Shown here in pieces: positions 31,751 through 41,156 of a stretch of DNA of 64,000 nt; the first letter of the stretch is position 1, and the number at the start of each line of letters is the position of its first letter. The stretch comes from an uncultured Clostridia bacterium. Its GTDB lineage: Bacteria > Bacillota > Clostridia > TANB77 > CAG-465. Location of the stretch: positions 293-64,292 of the forward strand of contig CALXBV010000021.1 of assembly GCA_944386635.1 (NCBI GenBank), read 5' to 3'. The notes under the pieces were generated by a model. That model made no database searches and was not told where the DNA came from. It worked only from the letters and a program-made list of their open reading frames with translations. The position numbers and the translations under genes were made by a program.

Positions 31751-31981
31751 TTATTTTATGTTTATATAATATTCAGTTAATAAGATATCTTGATATACAT
31801 CTAATTTTATAACAATACACGTTAATGATAAAGCTATTACTAATAAAATACAAGCTGTAACTTGCAATATTTTATTTAAATATTCTTTCCTTTTTATTAT
31901 ACTATATGTATTAAACATATTACTTGGTATAACTACTTCATCATATTTTTGCTTCAATATATCATCTATTTTTACCCTCAT
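31751..31981 (-). CDS. putative anti-sigma factor (single TM)
   Basis: Start placed at the ATG at 31981, behind GGAGGA. Overlaps the sigma gene by 20 nt. One TM segment (ILQVTACILLVIALSLTCIVI). Confidence 0.5.
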   Translation of the reverse strand: MRVKIDDILKQKYDEVVIPSNMFNTYSIIKRKEYLNKILQVTACILLVIALSLTCIVIKLDVYQDILLTEYYINIK

Positions 31982-32504
31982 AAATTTTTCCTCCATATTT
32001 TTCTTTAATCTTCATCTTTATTCTTCTTATTTTTGTTCTAATTGTATTTTCATTAATATTTAAAACTTGTCCTATTTCTGCAGTAGTGTATCCGCGAGAA
32101 AAATATAAAACAACTATTGTTCTTTCATCTTTAGATAAAAAATCTATTAAATTAAAAAAATCCATGTCACTATCTACTTCTATATATTCATCATTTACTT
32201 CAAAATAATTATCACATTCTAAGTCGTCATATGAATAAAAGTTCCTTACTTTATCTCTTAATATATTATTACAATTGTTAATTAAAACTCTAGTTATCCA
32301 TCCATTGAAAGAATCATTATTTTTTAAATTAATTATGTTTTTATATGCTTGATATATGGTTTCTTGTACAGCATCCTTAATATCGGCATCTTGATCTAAT
32401 CTACTTTTAGCAATAACATATAATTTTCTCTCATATAGTTCAATTAATTTAGCAAAGGCATCCTTATCTCCTTCTTTTGATTTTTTAATTAAATTTTCTT
32501 CCAT
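31962..32504 (-). CDS. ECF-type RNA polymerase sigma factor
   Basis: 180 aa. Region 2 (DAVQETIYQAY) and region 4 HTH (GYTTAEIGQVLNINENTIRTKIRRIK). Confidence 0.8.
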   Translation of the reverse strand: MEENLIKKSKEGDKDAFAKLIELYERKLYVIAKSRLDQDADIKDAVQETIYQAYKNIINLKNNDSFNGWITRVLINNCNNILRDKVRNFYSYDDLECDNYFEVNDEYIEVDSDMDFFNLIDFLSKDERTIVVLYFSRGYTTAEIGQVLNINENTIRTKIRRIKMKIKEKYGGKIYEGKNR

Positions 32505-32599
32505 ATTTTCCCCTCTTCTTTATTCCACAAAAATTATATCATAAAAAATAGGATTTAGGTATTTCTTTCCTAAATCCCAATAATGATTTTAGAGTAAAT

Positions 32600-33361
32600 T
32601 TATTCATTAGTAATATATGTATCTATATACTCTTGTAATGATTCGTACTCTCCAGTTTCATTATTTTTTATCTTCAATGAAGATATGTCTAGATTCTGAA
32701 CAGCAACCCTTGATTTATTTTGTTGTATATTTAGTTCTCTCAAACCATTTCCAAGTCCTATTACCTCGTATTGACCATCTGCATTTTCTTTCAAATATAC
32801 TAAATAGCTCTTTCCAGATTCTATTTCTATATCTCCAGATATTAATACATTAATGTAAGTGTTATTTAAGTCTATATCAACATTATTTTCTGAACGTAGA
32901 TATTCACGCTTTAAATTAGCTGCTTCTGGTTGATATTCTTCCCACTCAGACATTTTCATTACTCCTCCTGGTTTAGTATATTCTATAACTTGTCCTTGCT
33001 GTAAATCCCCTTGAAGTACTGTATCAATGAGCATTTTACCATCTGTCATGCCTATTAAACTACCTTCAGGATCTGCACCATCTAATGATATAACAGTAGC
33101 TAAAGCTATACAATCAGCATCCTCACCTAATTTATTTGGTGTAAATTCTTCTGTTAAACAAAGTTCAGTAACACAATCATAAGTGGATTTTTTAACATCA
33201 TCTGTAATATAACTTGTTACTTCATATGTTTGTTCTTCAACATTCGAATCCTCTTTAACCTCACCATATAGATTGTCATTTTTTATTTTGTACCCAACTA
33301 ATGCTGTAAAATACATTAGTATAGTAATACTTGCAACAACAATAACAATCTTCTTTTTCAT
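32600..33361 (-). CDS. secreted or membrane-anchored protein of unknown function
   Basis: Start placed at the ATG at 33361, behind AGGGGAGGA. Signal-anchor sequence MKKKIVIVVASITILMYFTALV. Lies directly upstream of the ECF sigma gene. Confidence 0.55.
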   Translation of the reverse strand: MKKKIVIVVASITILMYFTALVGYKIKNDNLYGEVKEDSNVEEQTYEVTSYITDDVKKSTYDCVTELCLTEEFTPNKLGEDADCIALATVISLDGADPEGSLIGMTDGKMLIDTVLQGDLQQGQVIEYTKPGGVMKMSEWEEYQPEAANLKREYLRSENNVDIDLNNTYINVLISGDIEIESGKSYLVYLKENADGQYEVIGLGNGLRELNIQQNKSRVAVQNLDISSLKIKNNETGEYESLQEYIDTYITNE

Positions 33362-33516
33362 AAGCATTCCTCCCCTTTTTAAATAACTTACATTTGATAA
33401 CATGTGAGCTAAACACAAAGCTGTATAAATCAATATTGCCAATCTTTAACTGCATCTACTATAATAGACGAATAACTTTTATATTTTGTTTCAAGGGCAA
33501 AAAAAAATCCTAAAAA

Positions 33517-34014
33517 TTACTTTTTAAGATTTTTTTCTATTATTTTGTTATTTTTTATTATAATATGTTCCAATTTATTTGGTAAATTATTTAACACATT
33601 ATTTTTTAAAAATTCAGGTTTAAAATTAGCAATACTATTAATATCTAGCCATTTAAACTCTAAATATGTATTATCCCACTCTATTTTAGTAAAATTATTA
33701 ATATTTATATTATCTTTTGTATCTAATAGATAGTAAAAACCTAACTCATGACATTTAACATTATTACTATCAAAAAAATTTTCAACTACATATAGCAATC
33801 TTTTTACATAAACATCTATACCTGTTTCCTCTTTAAATTCTCGTATAATTGCATCTATAGTATCTTCATTTAATTCAACATGTCCACCAGGTAAGCAAAA
33901 AAACTTATTATTATTTATTCTAACGCATAAAACTCTATCATTTTTTATCAATATACCTGACACTCTATATTTAAATCTATAATTTTGTTTTTCTATCTCT
34001 ATATCCATATTCAT
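33517..34014 (-). CDS. Nudix hydrolase
   Basis: 165 aa. Nudix box GGHVELNEDTIDAIIREFKEETG. Begins 10 nt after the radical SAM gene. Confidence 0.85.
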   Translation of the reverse strand: MNMDIEIEKQNYRFKYRVSGILIKNDRVLCVRINNNKFFCLPGGHVELNEDTIDAIIREFKEETGIDVYVKRLLYVVENFFDSNNVKCHELGFYYLLDTKDNININNFTKIEWDNTYLEFKWLDINSIANFKPEFLKNNVLNNLPNKLEHIIIKNNKIIEKNLKK

Positions 34015-34024
34015 TATTTTCTCA

Positions 34025-34921
34025 CTAAATTGACTTTGTATCTATATATTTAGCTGGCTTAACATTAAAATTAACAGGTTGTGATAGAGCAGCTATTATA
34101 TTTTTTCTAATATTACCATCTAGATATTTTATATCATTTTCATCAGATTGTATACACTGTTTTAGCTTTCCAGAACTTGTTACCCTCAAATGCATTTTTT
34201 TGCAAACATCACACTCTCTTATTCTACAATGTGAATGGAAAAATGTTACAGCAGTAAAACCGTTTTCATCTATACCATGATATTCTTTAAATACATCATC
34301 AAACTTAGAAATAAGTTTAAAATCTGATAATACTCTATCTTTCATCTTTAAATATTCTATATCAGTAGTTTCAGCTACTTCATTTTTTACTTCCTCTAAT
34401 ATTTTTATTCTTATTTTATTGTGTATTGCCCAATTAACTAAATTATATAAATTTTCATAATCACCATTATACACAGTAGAAATTGTAACATTAACACCTG
34501 TATTCTTTACTTTTAATATATTTTCTAAAGCTTGCTTAGAACTTATTCCAATAGGTGATTGTTTAGATACTGGAGCATCGTAGTAATCTAATCCTACCAC
34601 TACTCTATATATCCATCCCTTCTCAATCATATACATTAATTTATCTATTTCCACTATATTTGTATTTATTCCCACCTTTAAATGATATTTTTCAGCAAGC
34701 ATTTGACAGATATCATAAATTTCTTTATGAATAAGTGGCTCTCCTCCAGTAAGTCTCACTTGCTCTAAGCCCAATCCATATGAATTTTGTATTAGCTTTT
34801 CAATATCATCTTTAGATAATTGATTGATTACCTTATTACCCTCATTATGACAATATACACATTTCATATTACATCCTGATGTTATAGATATTCTATATTC
34901 ATTTTTTGGCAACTGTAACAT
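34025..34921 (-). CDS. MoaA-like radical SAM enzyme
   Basis: 298 aa. CNMKCVYC (CxxxCxxC), LTGGEPL, and a C-terminal second-cluster region HCRIRECDVCKKMHLRVTSSGKLKQC resembling the MoaA C-terminus. Confidence 0.75.
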   Translation of the reverse strand: MLQLPKNEYRISITSGCNMKCVYCHNEGNKVINQLSKDDIEKLIQNSYGLGLEQVRLTGGEPLIHKEIYDICQMLAEKYHLKVGINTNIVEIDKLMYMIEKGWIYRVVVGLDYYDAPVSKQSPIGISSKQALENILKVKNTGVNVTISTVYNGDYENLYNLVNWAIHNKIRIKILEEVKNEVAETTDIEYLKMKDRVLSDFKLISKFDDVFKEYHGIDENGFTAVTFFHSHCRIRECDVCKKMHLRVTSSGKLKQCIQSDENDIKYLDGNIRKNIIAALSQPVNFNVKPAKYIDTKSI

Positions 34922-34940
34922 TTTAATTCCCCTCTTTCTA

Positions 34941-35714
34941 TTAATATCTCTTTTTTCCCAAATCTATTCTTAAATCACTAAAATCTATATTATATTTACG
35001 AGTAGCATATTTATATAATTGCCTAATTCTTTCAATCTTATCTTCTTTTGATATTCCCTCTTCTATTGCATTAAAAAATAGTTGTATAAATTCTTTTTCG
35101 GGTATTATCTTATGTTGTGCTTTTTGTAACTTTTCATTTGTATATAACTTATATATTTTCGTTTGAGATAAATTAGAAAATCCATTTAATTTATGATAAA
35201 AATCTCTTATTCTTTCAACAGTTAAAAAATAATAACTTTCAAAATAAGGATCATTTTGTATCTTTAATTCATTTAATGCCAGTACTGCTTTATGAATTCC
35301 AGCAATTTGATATATTGCTTCATGTTTAGTATAACATGGAAGTGGTCTAGAATATTTTTCCTTTATATAACTAACCAAATCTGCTACTTTTCCACTTCTA
35401 TCAAAAATTACTTCTCCGTATCCAATTATTGATAATAATGAATCTTCACATTTCATATAATCAGAATTAGCTCTTTCATATATCTTTGATATAGTTCTTT
35501 CAAAATACTCAACTTGCATTCCATTTACATCTTTATATCCTTTTATTTGATTTGTATCTGAATCATCATTATATAATACCATTAAGTCTATATCTGAAAA
35601 CTCATTTGCAGTTTGAGTATGAAAACTACCATAAAAAACTATTCCTTCTACTTCATCATTTTTAAGATAGTTCATATCATCAATAAACTTATTTAAAGCT
35701 TCTCTATAATTCAT
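34941..35714 (-). CDS. Pol-beta-fold nucleotidyltransferase with a helical C-terminal domain (Lnu/KNTase-like)
   Basis: Start placed at the ATG at 35714, behind GAGGTG. FYGSFHTQTANEFSDIDLMV (GS...DxD). The ~150-aa helical C-terminal domain contains RIRDFYH. Confidence 0.7.
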   Translation of the reverse strand: MNYREALNKFIDDMNYLKNDEVEGIVFYGSFHTQTANEFSDIDLMVLYNDDSDTNQIKGYKDVNGMQVEYFERTISKIYERANSDYMKCEDSLLSIIGYGEVIFDRSGKVADLVSYIKEKYSRPLPCYTKHEAIYQIAGIHKAVLALNELKIQNDPYFESYYFLTVERIRDFYHKLNGFSNLSQTKIYKLYTNEKLQKAQHKIIPEKEFIQLFFNAIEEGISKEDKIERIRQLYKYATRKYNIDFSDLRIDLGKKRY

Positions 35715-35767
35715 AAAACACCTCAAAAAAAATCCAATAGAAATAAAAATTATTTCCACTGGACATA

Positions 35768-35796
35768 ATTATAACATATAATGCTATGTTTTTCAA
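35768..35796 (-). promoter_or_regulatory. sigma-A promoter of the NTase/radical-SAM/Nudix operon
   Basis: The minus strand reads TTGAAA, a 17-nt spacer ending TGT, then TATAAT (extended -10). It lies about 55 nt upstream of the ATG. Confidence 0.6.
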
Positions 35797-35835
35797 TACT
35801 GCAATAGTAATATTTTACATAAATTAATTGCATAA

Positions 35836-35994
35836 TTATTTAAGCTTTATTATTATTTTTTTATGATCTATTTTCATATCTTCAATTTCTCGCTCTTTTA
35901 GCTCTAAAGGTACATTATCTATATTCCCCGAATAAATAATATCATTATTTTGATATATATCTACATTATAACATCTTATATCTTTAATCCACAT
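35836..35994 (-). CDS. small hypothetical protein (52 aa), missing from the ORF track
   Basis: Own translation: MWIKDIRCYNVDIYQNNDIIYSGNIDNVPLELKEREIEDMKIDHKKIIIKLK. The ATG lies 8 nt after the stop of the YlbF-like gene, behind GGTGA. Confidence 0.35.
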   Translation of the reverse strand: MWIKDIRCYNVDIYQNNDIIYSGNIDNVPLELKEREIEDMKIDHKKIIIKLK

Positions 35995-36002
35995 AATATC
36001 AC

Positions 36003-36341
36003 CTAAAATTTAACTAGTTCTTCAATAGCTTCACCCATAGACTTTTGTAAATCAGCTAATATAACATTTATTTTCATTTCACATTCTAAAATTTTTCTAC
36101 AATCTTCATTTTGTATGACAATAGAATATAAATTCTCCATTTCTTGTTGTTTTTCTTTTGTTATATCTTTTCCATTTATGTAGCTAATTTGAACTTCATT
36201 TTGCTTTTCTTTGAAATCTTTTAGCATGTTATATACATTCTCATCTTTTTTTAAATCTTCTTTTAATTTTAAATACTCTTTATATTCTTGTGTTTGCTTA
36301 AATGAAGACACAAGATTGCTAATATCATCATGAAAACTCAT
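36003..36341 (-). CDS. YlbF/YmcA family regulatory protein
   Basis: The family pattern fits: FKQTQEYKEYLKLKEDLKKDENVYNMLKDFKEKQ plus a C-terminal helical region. Start placed at the second ATG, at 36341. Confidence 0.6.
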   Translation of the reverse strand: MSFHDDISNLVSSFKQTQEYKEYLKLKEDLKKDENVYNMLKDFKEKQNEVQISYINGKDITKEKQQEMENLYSIVIQNEDCRKILECEMKINVILADLQKSMGEAIEELVKF

Positions 36342-36404
36342 TAATATCATCCTTTCTTTAGGATAATATTATATATCATTTTTTTCTTTTTTTAAATGTT
36401 TTAT

Positions 36405-37097
36405 TTAAAATTCATCTAAACTAGTACAAATATCATACTGCACTTTTGTAAGCTTTTGTTTTCTTCTATTTACAAGTTCAGTTATATTTTGAATTATATT
36501 ATTCTCGTTTATACAATCATTATTAAATAATACTTTTGATTTTAATTTATTTAACTTACCAGCTATATTTTTTATTTCATTAATATTAAAACTATCATAT
36601 GCATCATACCAATCATTACATAGCTCTTTAAAATCATCCACTTTATTTAAGCACTTTTCCACACTAGAATATATTTTCTTTTTAAATTCAGTACTTGAAA
36701 TAAAATTTTTTATTCCTCCAAAGAAATCATCTATATAATTAAAAAATATATTACCATATTTTTTTCCAGCACTTACTATATCAATTCCTAAATTTATACA
36801 ATTTGTAAGTCCACCTTTAAAAGCAGTATCTATCATTTTATTGATTTCTTTTATATTATCATCTGATATTCCCATCATTTCTAAGCCTTCTCTTATACTA
36901 CTTGTAAGTGCCACATTTAATATTTGTAAAAAATCCTTTTCTTTTAATACTTTTTTTACATCAGATAAAATCTCTTTAATATGCTCATTAACGGGCATTC
37001 CTTTTATTACGTAATTTGCACCCTTATCTATAACATTTAATATTATATTTATTATCTCTTCTTTATTTTTTTCTATTTCAACTTCTGATTCTTTCAT
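36405..37097 (-). CDS. hypothetical helical protein
   Basis: 230 aa. Begins 2 nt after the ATPase gene. No TM segment and no recognised motif. Confidence 0.5.
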   Translation of the reverse strand: MKESEVEIEKNKEEIINIILNVIDKGANYVIKGMPVNEHIKEILSDVKKVLKEKDFLQILNVALTSSIREGLEMMGISDDNIKEINKMIDTAFKGGLTNCINLGIDIVSAGKKYGNIFFNYIDDFFGGIKNFISSTEFKKKIYSSVEKCLNKVDDFKELCNDWYDAYDSFNINEIKNIAGKLNKLKSKVLFNNDCINENNIIQNITELVNRRKQKLTKVQYDICTSLDEF

Positions 37098-37099
37098 TT

Positions 37100-38227
37100 T
37101 TACTCCTCCTTCATATTTACTAACTTATTTATTATTTTGTTTTTCACATTTTCAAATCTTATAACTCCTATAGATTTTAATAACCTTTTTATATTATATT
37201 TAATGTAAATCTTATTATCAGTTGATATATACTTGTCTATAAAAATACTATTTTTTATAATACCATAAAAACTGATTCCAATTTTCTTTTCTAATAAATT
37301 TATTATATCTTTTTTTCCGCAAAACATATTTGCTATAAATTTACTTTTCTTTACAACTTTTTCATCTATAAATTTTGTCTGTATATTATATTCTCTTACA
37401 GTATTATGAGAAATCTTAATACAAAAAATAATATCTACATTTATACTTTCTAATACATTATAAATGTTATTTATCATAAGTGTAGATGTATCTACTATCA
37501 CATAATCATAAAATCTTTTTAAATATAATAATATCTCTATAATAATATCAGTACATAAAGTAGATACACATTTAGAATTTAATATGTATTTAAGATTCTC
37601 ATATTTATCACTATCACTTTGATAGTCTACTATGTCCTTTAGTTCATTATTTTTAATATCTTCTATTAAGCTACTTAAAGCATAATTTTTACTACTTTTT
37701 ACATATATATCTAAACTTGGATATATAAGATCTAGATCTACAACAACCACACTTTTATATGTATTTCTAGCTATTTCTTCAGATAATATTTTACAAAATA
37801 TTGTTTTACCGGACTTTCTTAAACCAGTCACAATTATAATATTACTTTTTTCCTCTTTAGTTTTATATATTACCATTTTAGGATTATTTATATTATCTAA
37901 AATTTCATCAAAAGGAACTGTATCTCCAACTATAATATTAAATATTTCTTTAGAAAAAAGTTTTTCTTTTATATCTTTTGTTATCTCTTTTAATATTACA
38001 ATAATTCTATTTTTACTGTTCTTATCTTTTATATTACATAGATAATCTATAAAACTCATTTTACCATGAAGAGCATCTCTTGTTATTATAATAAAAGATT
38101 CATTTAAATTAATCATTTCTAATACTTGTTCCTTTGTTTTTAAAATATAAACTTCATATTTATCACAATATACATCTTTAATTCTTTTTTCTAAATATTT
38201 ACTATTGATTGCTATTATCATTTTCAT
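37100..38227 (-). CDS. P-loop ATPase with an N-terminal pseudo-receiver domain (TadZ/CpaE-like architecture)
   Basis: 375 aa. The N-terminal ~115 aa are CheY-like but lack the acidic pocket (IIAINSK rather than DD). Walker A GLRKSGKT. VVVVDLDLIYPSLD and VIVDTS strings resemble MinD/ParA-class proteins. Overlaps the upstream ORF by 26 nt. Confidence 0.6.
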   Translation of the reverse strand: MKMIIAINSKYLEKRIKDVYCDKYEVYILKTKEQVLEMINLNESFIIITRDALHGKMSFIDYLCNIKDKNSKNRIIVILKEITKDIKEKLFSKEIFNIIVGDTVPFDEILDNINNPKMVIYKTKEEKSNIIIVTGLRKSGKTIFCKILSEEIARNTYKSVVVVDLDLIYPSLDIYVKSSKNYALSSLIEDIKNNELKDIVDYQSDSDKYENLKYILNSKCVSTLCTDIIIEILLYLKRFYDYVIVDTSTLMINNIYNVLESINVDIIFCIKISHNTVREYNIQTKFIDEKVVKKSKFIANMFCGKKDIINLLEKKIGISFYGIIKNSIFIDKYISTDNKIYIKYNIKRLLKSIGVIRFENVKNKIINKLVNMKEE

Positions 38228-40439
38228 TTAAAAGTATCCTTTCGTATTCATTTGCTATTACCACAATTGGTGCTTTATTGTTTGATACAGAAAGTATAGC
38301 CTCTCCCTTTTGCAAGCAATCCACATTAAAATCTGATAAATCTATAAATTTATTTAAACTATCTGTATCTTTATATGTCATTTTAAATATCAATTTAAAA
38401 GACGAATTATTTAATATGCTCTTTGCATAAATACCATTATCATAAGTAAAAAAATCGTTAATATCTTGAGTTATAGTTATAATTGAAGCTTTTCTTTTTC
38501 TTATTGTCTTATACATATTAGATATACTTAATAATAAGTCTTTGCTTTGTGCATATTTCCACATTTCATCTATATATATAATTGTATTTTTATCATTTAA
38601 ATAATTATTTGCCAAACTATCTAAGATATAACTTATAATTTTAGCATTATTTTTTAAATACTTTGTATCGATTACATATAAGCTATTATCTAAAGATATA
38701 TTTGTTATATTAGAAAAAAATTTAATATCATTTTCTATCATATCATTTAAAATATTTTTTAAATGATAGTTATCTATAATATTTAACAGATCATTTAATG
38801 TAGGAAATTTATCATTGTCTATAAAAACATTGTCTAAATATATTAAATTATCATCTTCATTTTTAAATATTGTACTTATATCATTAGTTATATTAAATTT
38901 ATTATATATTTCTTTTAATTTAATTTTTAAATATTCTTTATACGTATTTTCAATATCACATACTTTGATTAAAAAATTTACTATTTTTTCTATCTTTTCT
39001 TGTAAATAATTACTTACATCATCTACTTTATCAATATCTTTTTTAGTTATTTGTAATATATTAAAATACTTACCACCACTTATATTCTGTCCTTCTATAT
39101 TACTACAAAGCTTTATATACTCACTCTCGATATCAAAAACTATCTGCTTCATATTCTTAAAAAAGTTTCTTATAATGTTTAACTTAACAAAATATGATTT
39201 TCCACTTCCACTGCTTCCAAATATGCACATATTAGAATTTTCATATTTATCTGCGAATATGTCTAATATACATATTTTATTGTCCATTTTAGTATATCCT
39301 ACTAATACTCCATTTATATCTATAAAATTATTACTAATATATGGAAAAATATTTGCTAAACTACTACTGGTTAAGAAAATATTATACTTATTATTTTTTT
39401 GTAAAGGTAAATTAGAAAGATAATAATTTAAATGTCTGAAATTAGTAACTTCCGAAATAAAATTTTTTGAATAAAGTTTTGCTTTAAAATTTGATACACT
39501 CTTATATAAAGCTGTTAAATCCTCTGAATAAAAAGTTAATATAATATTTACATTGAATACTTCCTGATTTTCAATTTGTATCTTTTTACGTAATTCTTTT
39601 GCCTCCCTAGATGATTGATTTATTATATCCATATTATTTTGATTAACTTTAGTAGTATGCTTTTCACTCTCAGATAGACCTATTGTATAAGTAATATCAT
39701 TTAGTACTTTATATGTATCTAATTTTTTTATATAAATAGACATATCATAATCTATATTTTTATCTATATCATTTATTAAATCTAAAAAGAAAATGTACTC
39801 TGGCAAAGAAATAATATGTAAGGATATAACATATTTGTTACCTACTATGATATATTTAAAATTAGTATTGTCAACAAAATCTGGTAAAACCTCATTTATG
39901 TCTATAATATCACCTCTTTATTAATAGTCTCATACATTAATACTTGTAATTTTTTCTTAGATACTATTCTTTTAGTTTTGCATCCAATATTATCTATACC
40001 ACGTACTATATTATCTATACTATTAATGTCATATGAAAAATCTTCTTTCAACGAGACTACTAAATAAAACTTTGTAGTATATATTTTTTCTTTTTCTAAC
40101 TGGGCTCCAATACTATAAATATAATTATTAACATGTTCCAAATACTTTTTACTTCCATTTTTATTTATATAGATTTTAAGATTGGATATATATTTTTGAA
40201 TATTAATTTTTTTATTTGATATATAAATTTGAAAATCAAAATTAAGTTCACGAAGAAATTCACTATAAAGATTTAAAATATTAGATTGAACATCTATTGA
40301 AAAATTTAAAAATGTAACTGGTTCAACTTCATAAATATACACTTTTTTTACAATGTCTTTTTCTTTAACTAGTATATATTTATCTGTTATATCTATAAGA
40401 TTAAATATTTCTTTTACATCACCATATTTTATTAGTCAT
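38202..40439 (-). pseudogene. VirB4/TrsE-like conjugation-type ATPase, reading frame broken twice
   Basis: The C-terminal 534-aa frame has Walker A GSSGSGKS, IVFDIESEY, Walker B IIYIDEMWKY and ITITQD. The N-terminal domain (YIYEVEPVTFLNFSIDVQSNILNLYSEFLRELNFDFQI) is in another frame and ends with TAG at 39902. The only RBS-plus-ATG (GGAGGGG-ATG at 40439) reads MTNKIW-stop, and the long frame opens 1 nt later. Confidence 0.6.
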
Positions 40440-40460
40440 CCCCTCCATTCTTACAACAAA

Positions 40461-40527
40461 TTTATACCATTATTTTATATAGACGTCAATAGTATTTTAT
40501 TCACATTTTGTCGCAAGTTTCGACATA
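40461..40527 (-). promoter_or_regulatory. composite promoter, copy 1 (upstream of the VirB4-like gene)
   Basis: The minus strand reads TATGTCGAAACTTGCGA (17-mer containing TGTCGAA), 21 nt, TTGACG, a 17-nt spacer ending TGG, then TATAAA. The ATG at 40439 follows 21 nt later. Confidence 0.6.
40511..40527 (+). repeat. 17-nt perfect direct repeat, copy 1 (TCGCAAGTTTCGACATA)
   Basis: Identical to 41816..41832. Its reverse complement contains the Spo0A-box consensus TGTCGAA. Confidence 0.9.
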
Positions 40528-40605
40528 CATTATTTTACTTTTATATACTAAATTATCACAAAGTAAAAAGCTGTGCATATAATTTAGTATATAGGAGATG
40601 ATAAT

Positions 40606-40770
40606 ATGAATGATAACAATAATAACAACATGAACAAAAAATTAATGGACGTATTAGGCTCTTTAGATAAAGAGAAAATAGAACAAGTAACAAGAATGGT
40701 TCAAAATATGTCTAGTGAGGATTTAAATAATATAGCAAAAATGCTAGGTGTAAATAACAAGAAAAAGTAA
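40606..40770 (+). CDS. small Asn-rich protein (54 aa), missing from the ORF track
   Basis: Own translation: MNDNNNNNMNKKLMDVLGSLDKEKIEQVTRMVQNMSSEDLNNIAKMLGVNNKKK. AGGAGA RBS. The stop lies 1 nt before the next ATG. Confidence 0.55.
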   Translation: MNDNNNNNMNKKLMDVLGSLDKEKIEQVTRMVQNMSSEDLNNIAKMLGVNNKKK

Positions 40771-40771
40771 T

Positions 40772-41155
40772 ATGAATGAAGATAATAAAGATGCATTAAA
40801 TAATCTTATCAATAGTATACAAGAAAAGATGAATAATAATGAAAGCAGTCATAAAGAGGAAAATAATACTAGTTCTTTTGATATATCTTCTATTTTAAAT
40901 GCTTTTAGTGCCAATAAAGAAGAGAATGATAATACTACTAATAGTGAAAATAACGGAACAGGTTTTGATCCTTCTATACTTTTAAAAATGCAAAAAATCA
41001 TGAGTACTATGAACGGTAATAATCCTAAAAAAGAATTACTGCTTTCTCTTAAACCTTTTCTTAGAAAATCTAGACAAGATAAAATGAATGATTATCTAAC
41101 CATTCTAAATGTTATAACTGTTTTAGAGTCTTTTAAAAACAAGGATAGTGATTAA
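40772..41155 (+). CDS. Asn/Ser-rich hypothetical protein
   Basis: 127 aa. Low-complexity N-terminal half and a structured C-terminus (LLLSLKPFLRKSRQDKMNDYLTILNVITVLE). Confidence 0.55.
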   Translation: MNEDNKDALNNLINSIQEKMNNNESSHKEENNTSSFDISSILNAFSANKEENDNTTNSENNGTGFDPSILLKMQKIMSTMNGNNPKKELLLSLKPFLRKSRQDKMNDYLTILNVITVLESFKNKDSD

Positions 41156-41156
41156 T

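Noticed and set aside
40500-40531. Reading the 17-mer region on the plus strand as a sigma-E-type promoter (CACATTT ... CATACATT) for the Asn-rich operon.
   Set aside because: This is plausible for copy 1 only. Copy 2 has a poorer -10 (CATATAAA) and no plus-strand gene downstream, since the peptidase genes converge there. It therefore does not explain why the element is duplicated. I keep it as an alternative to test.
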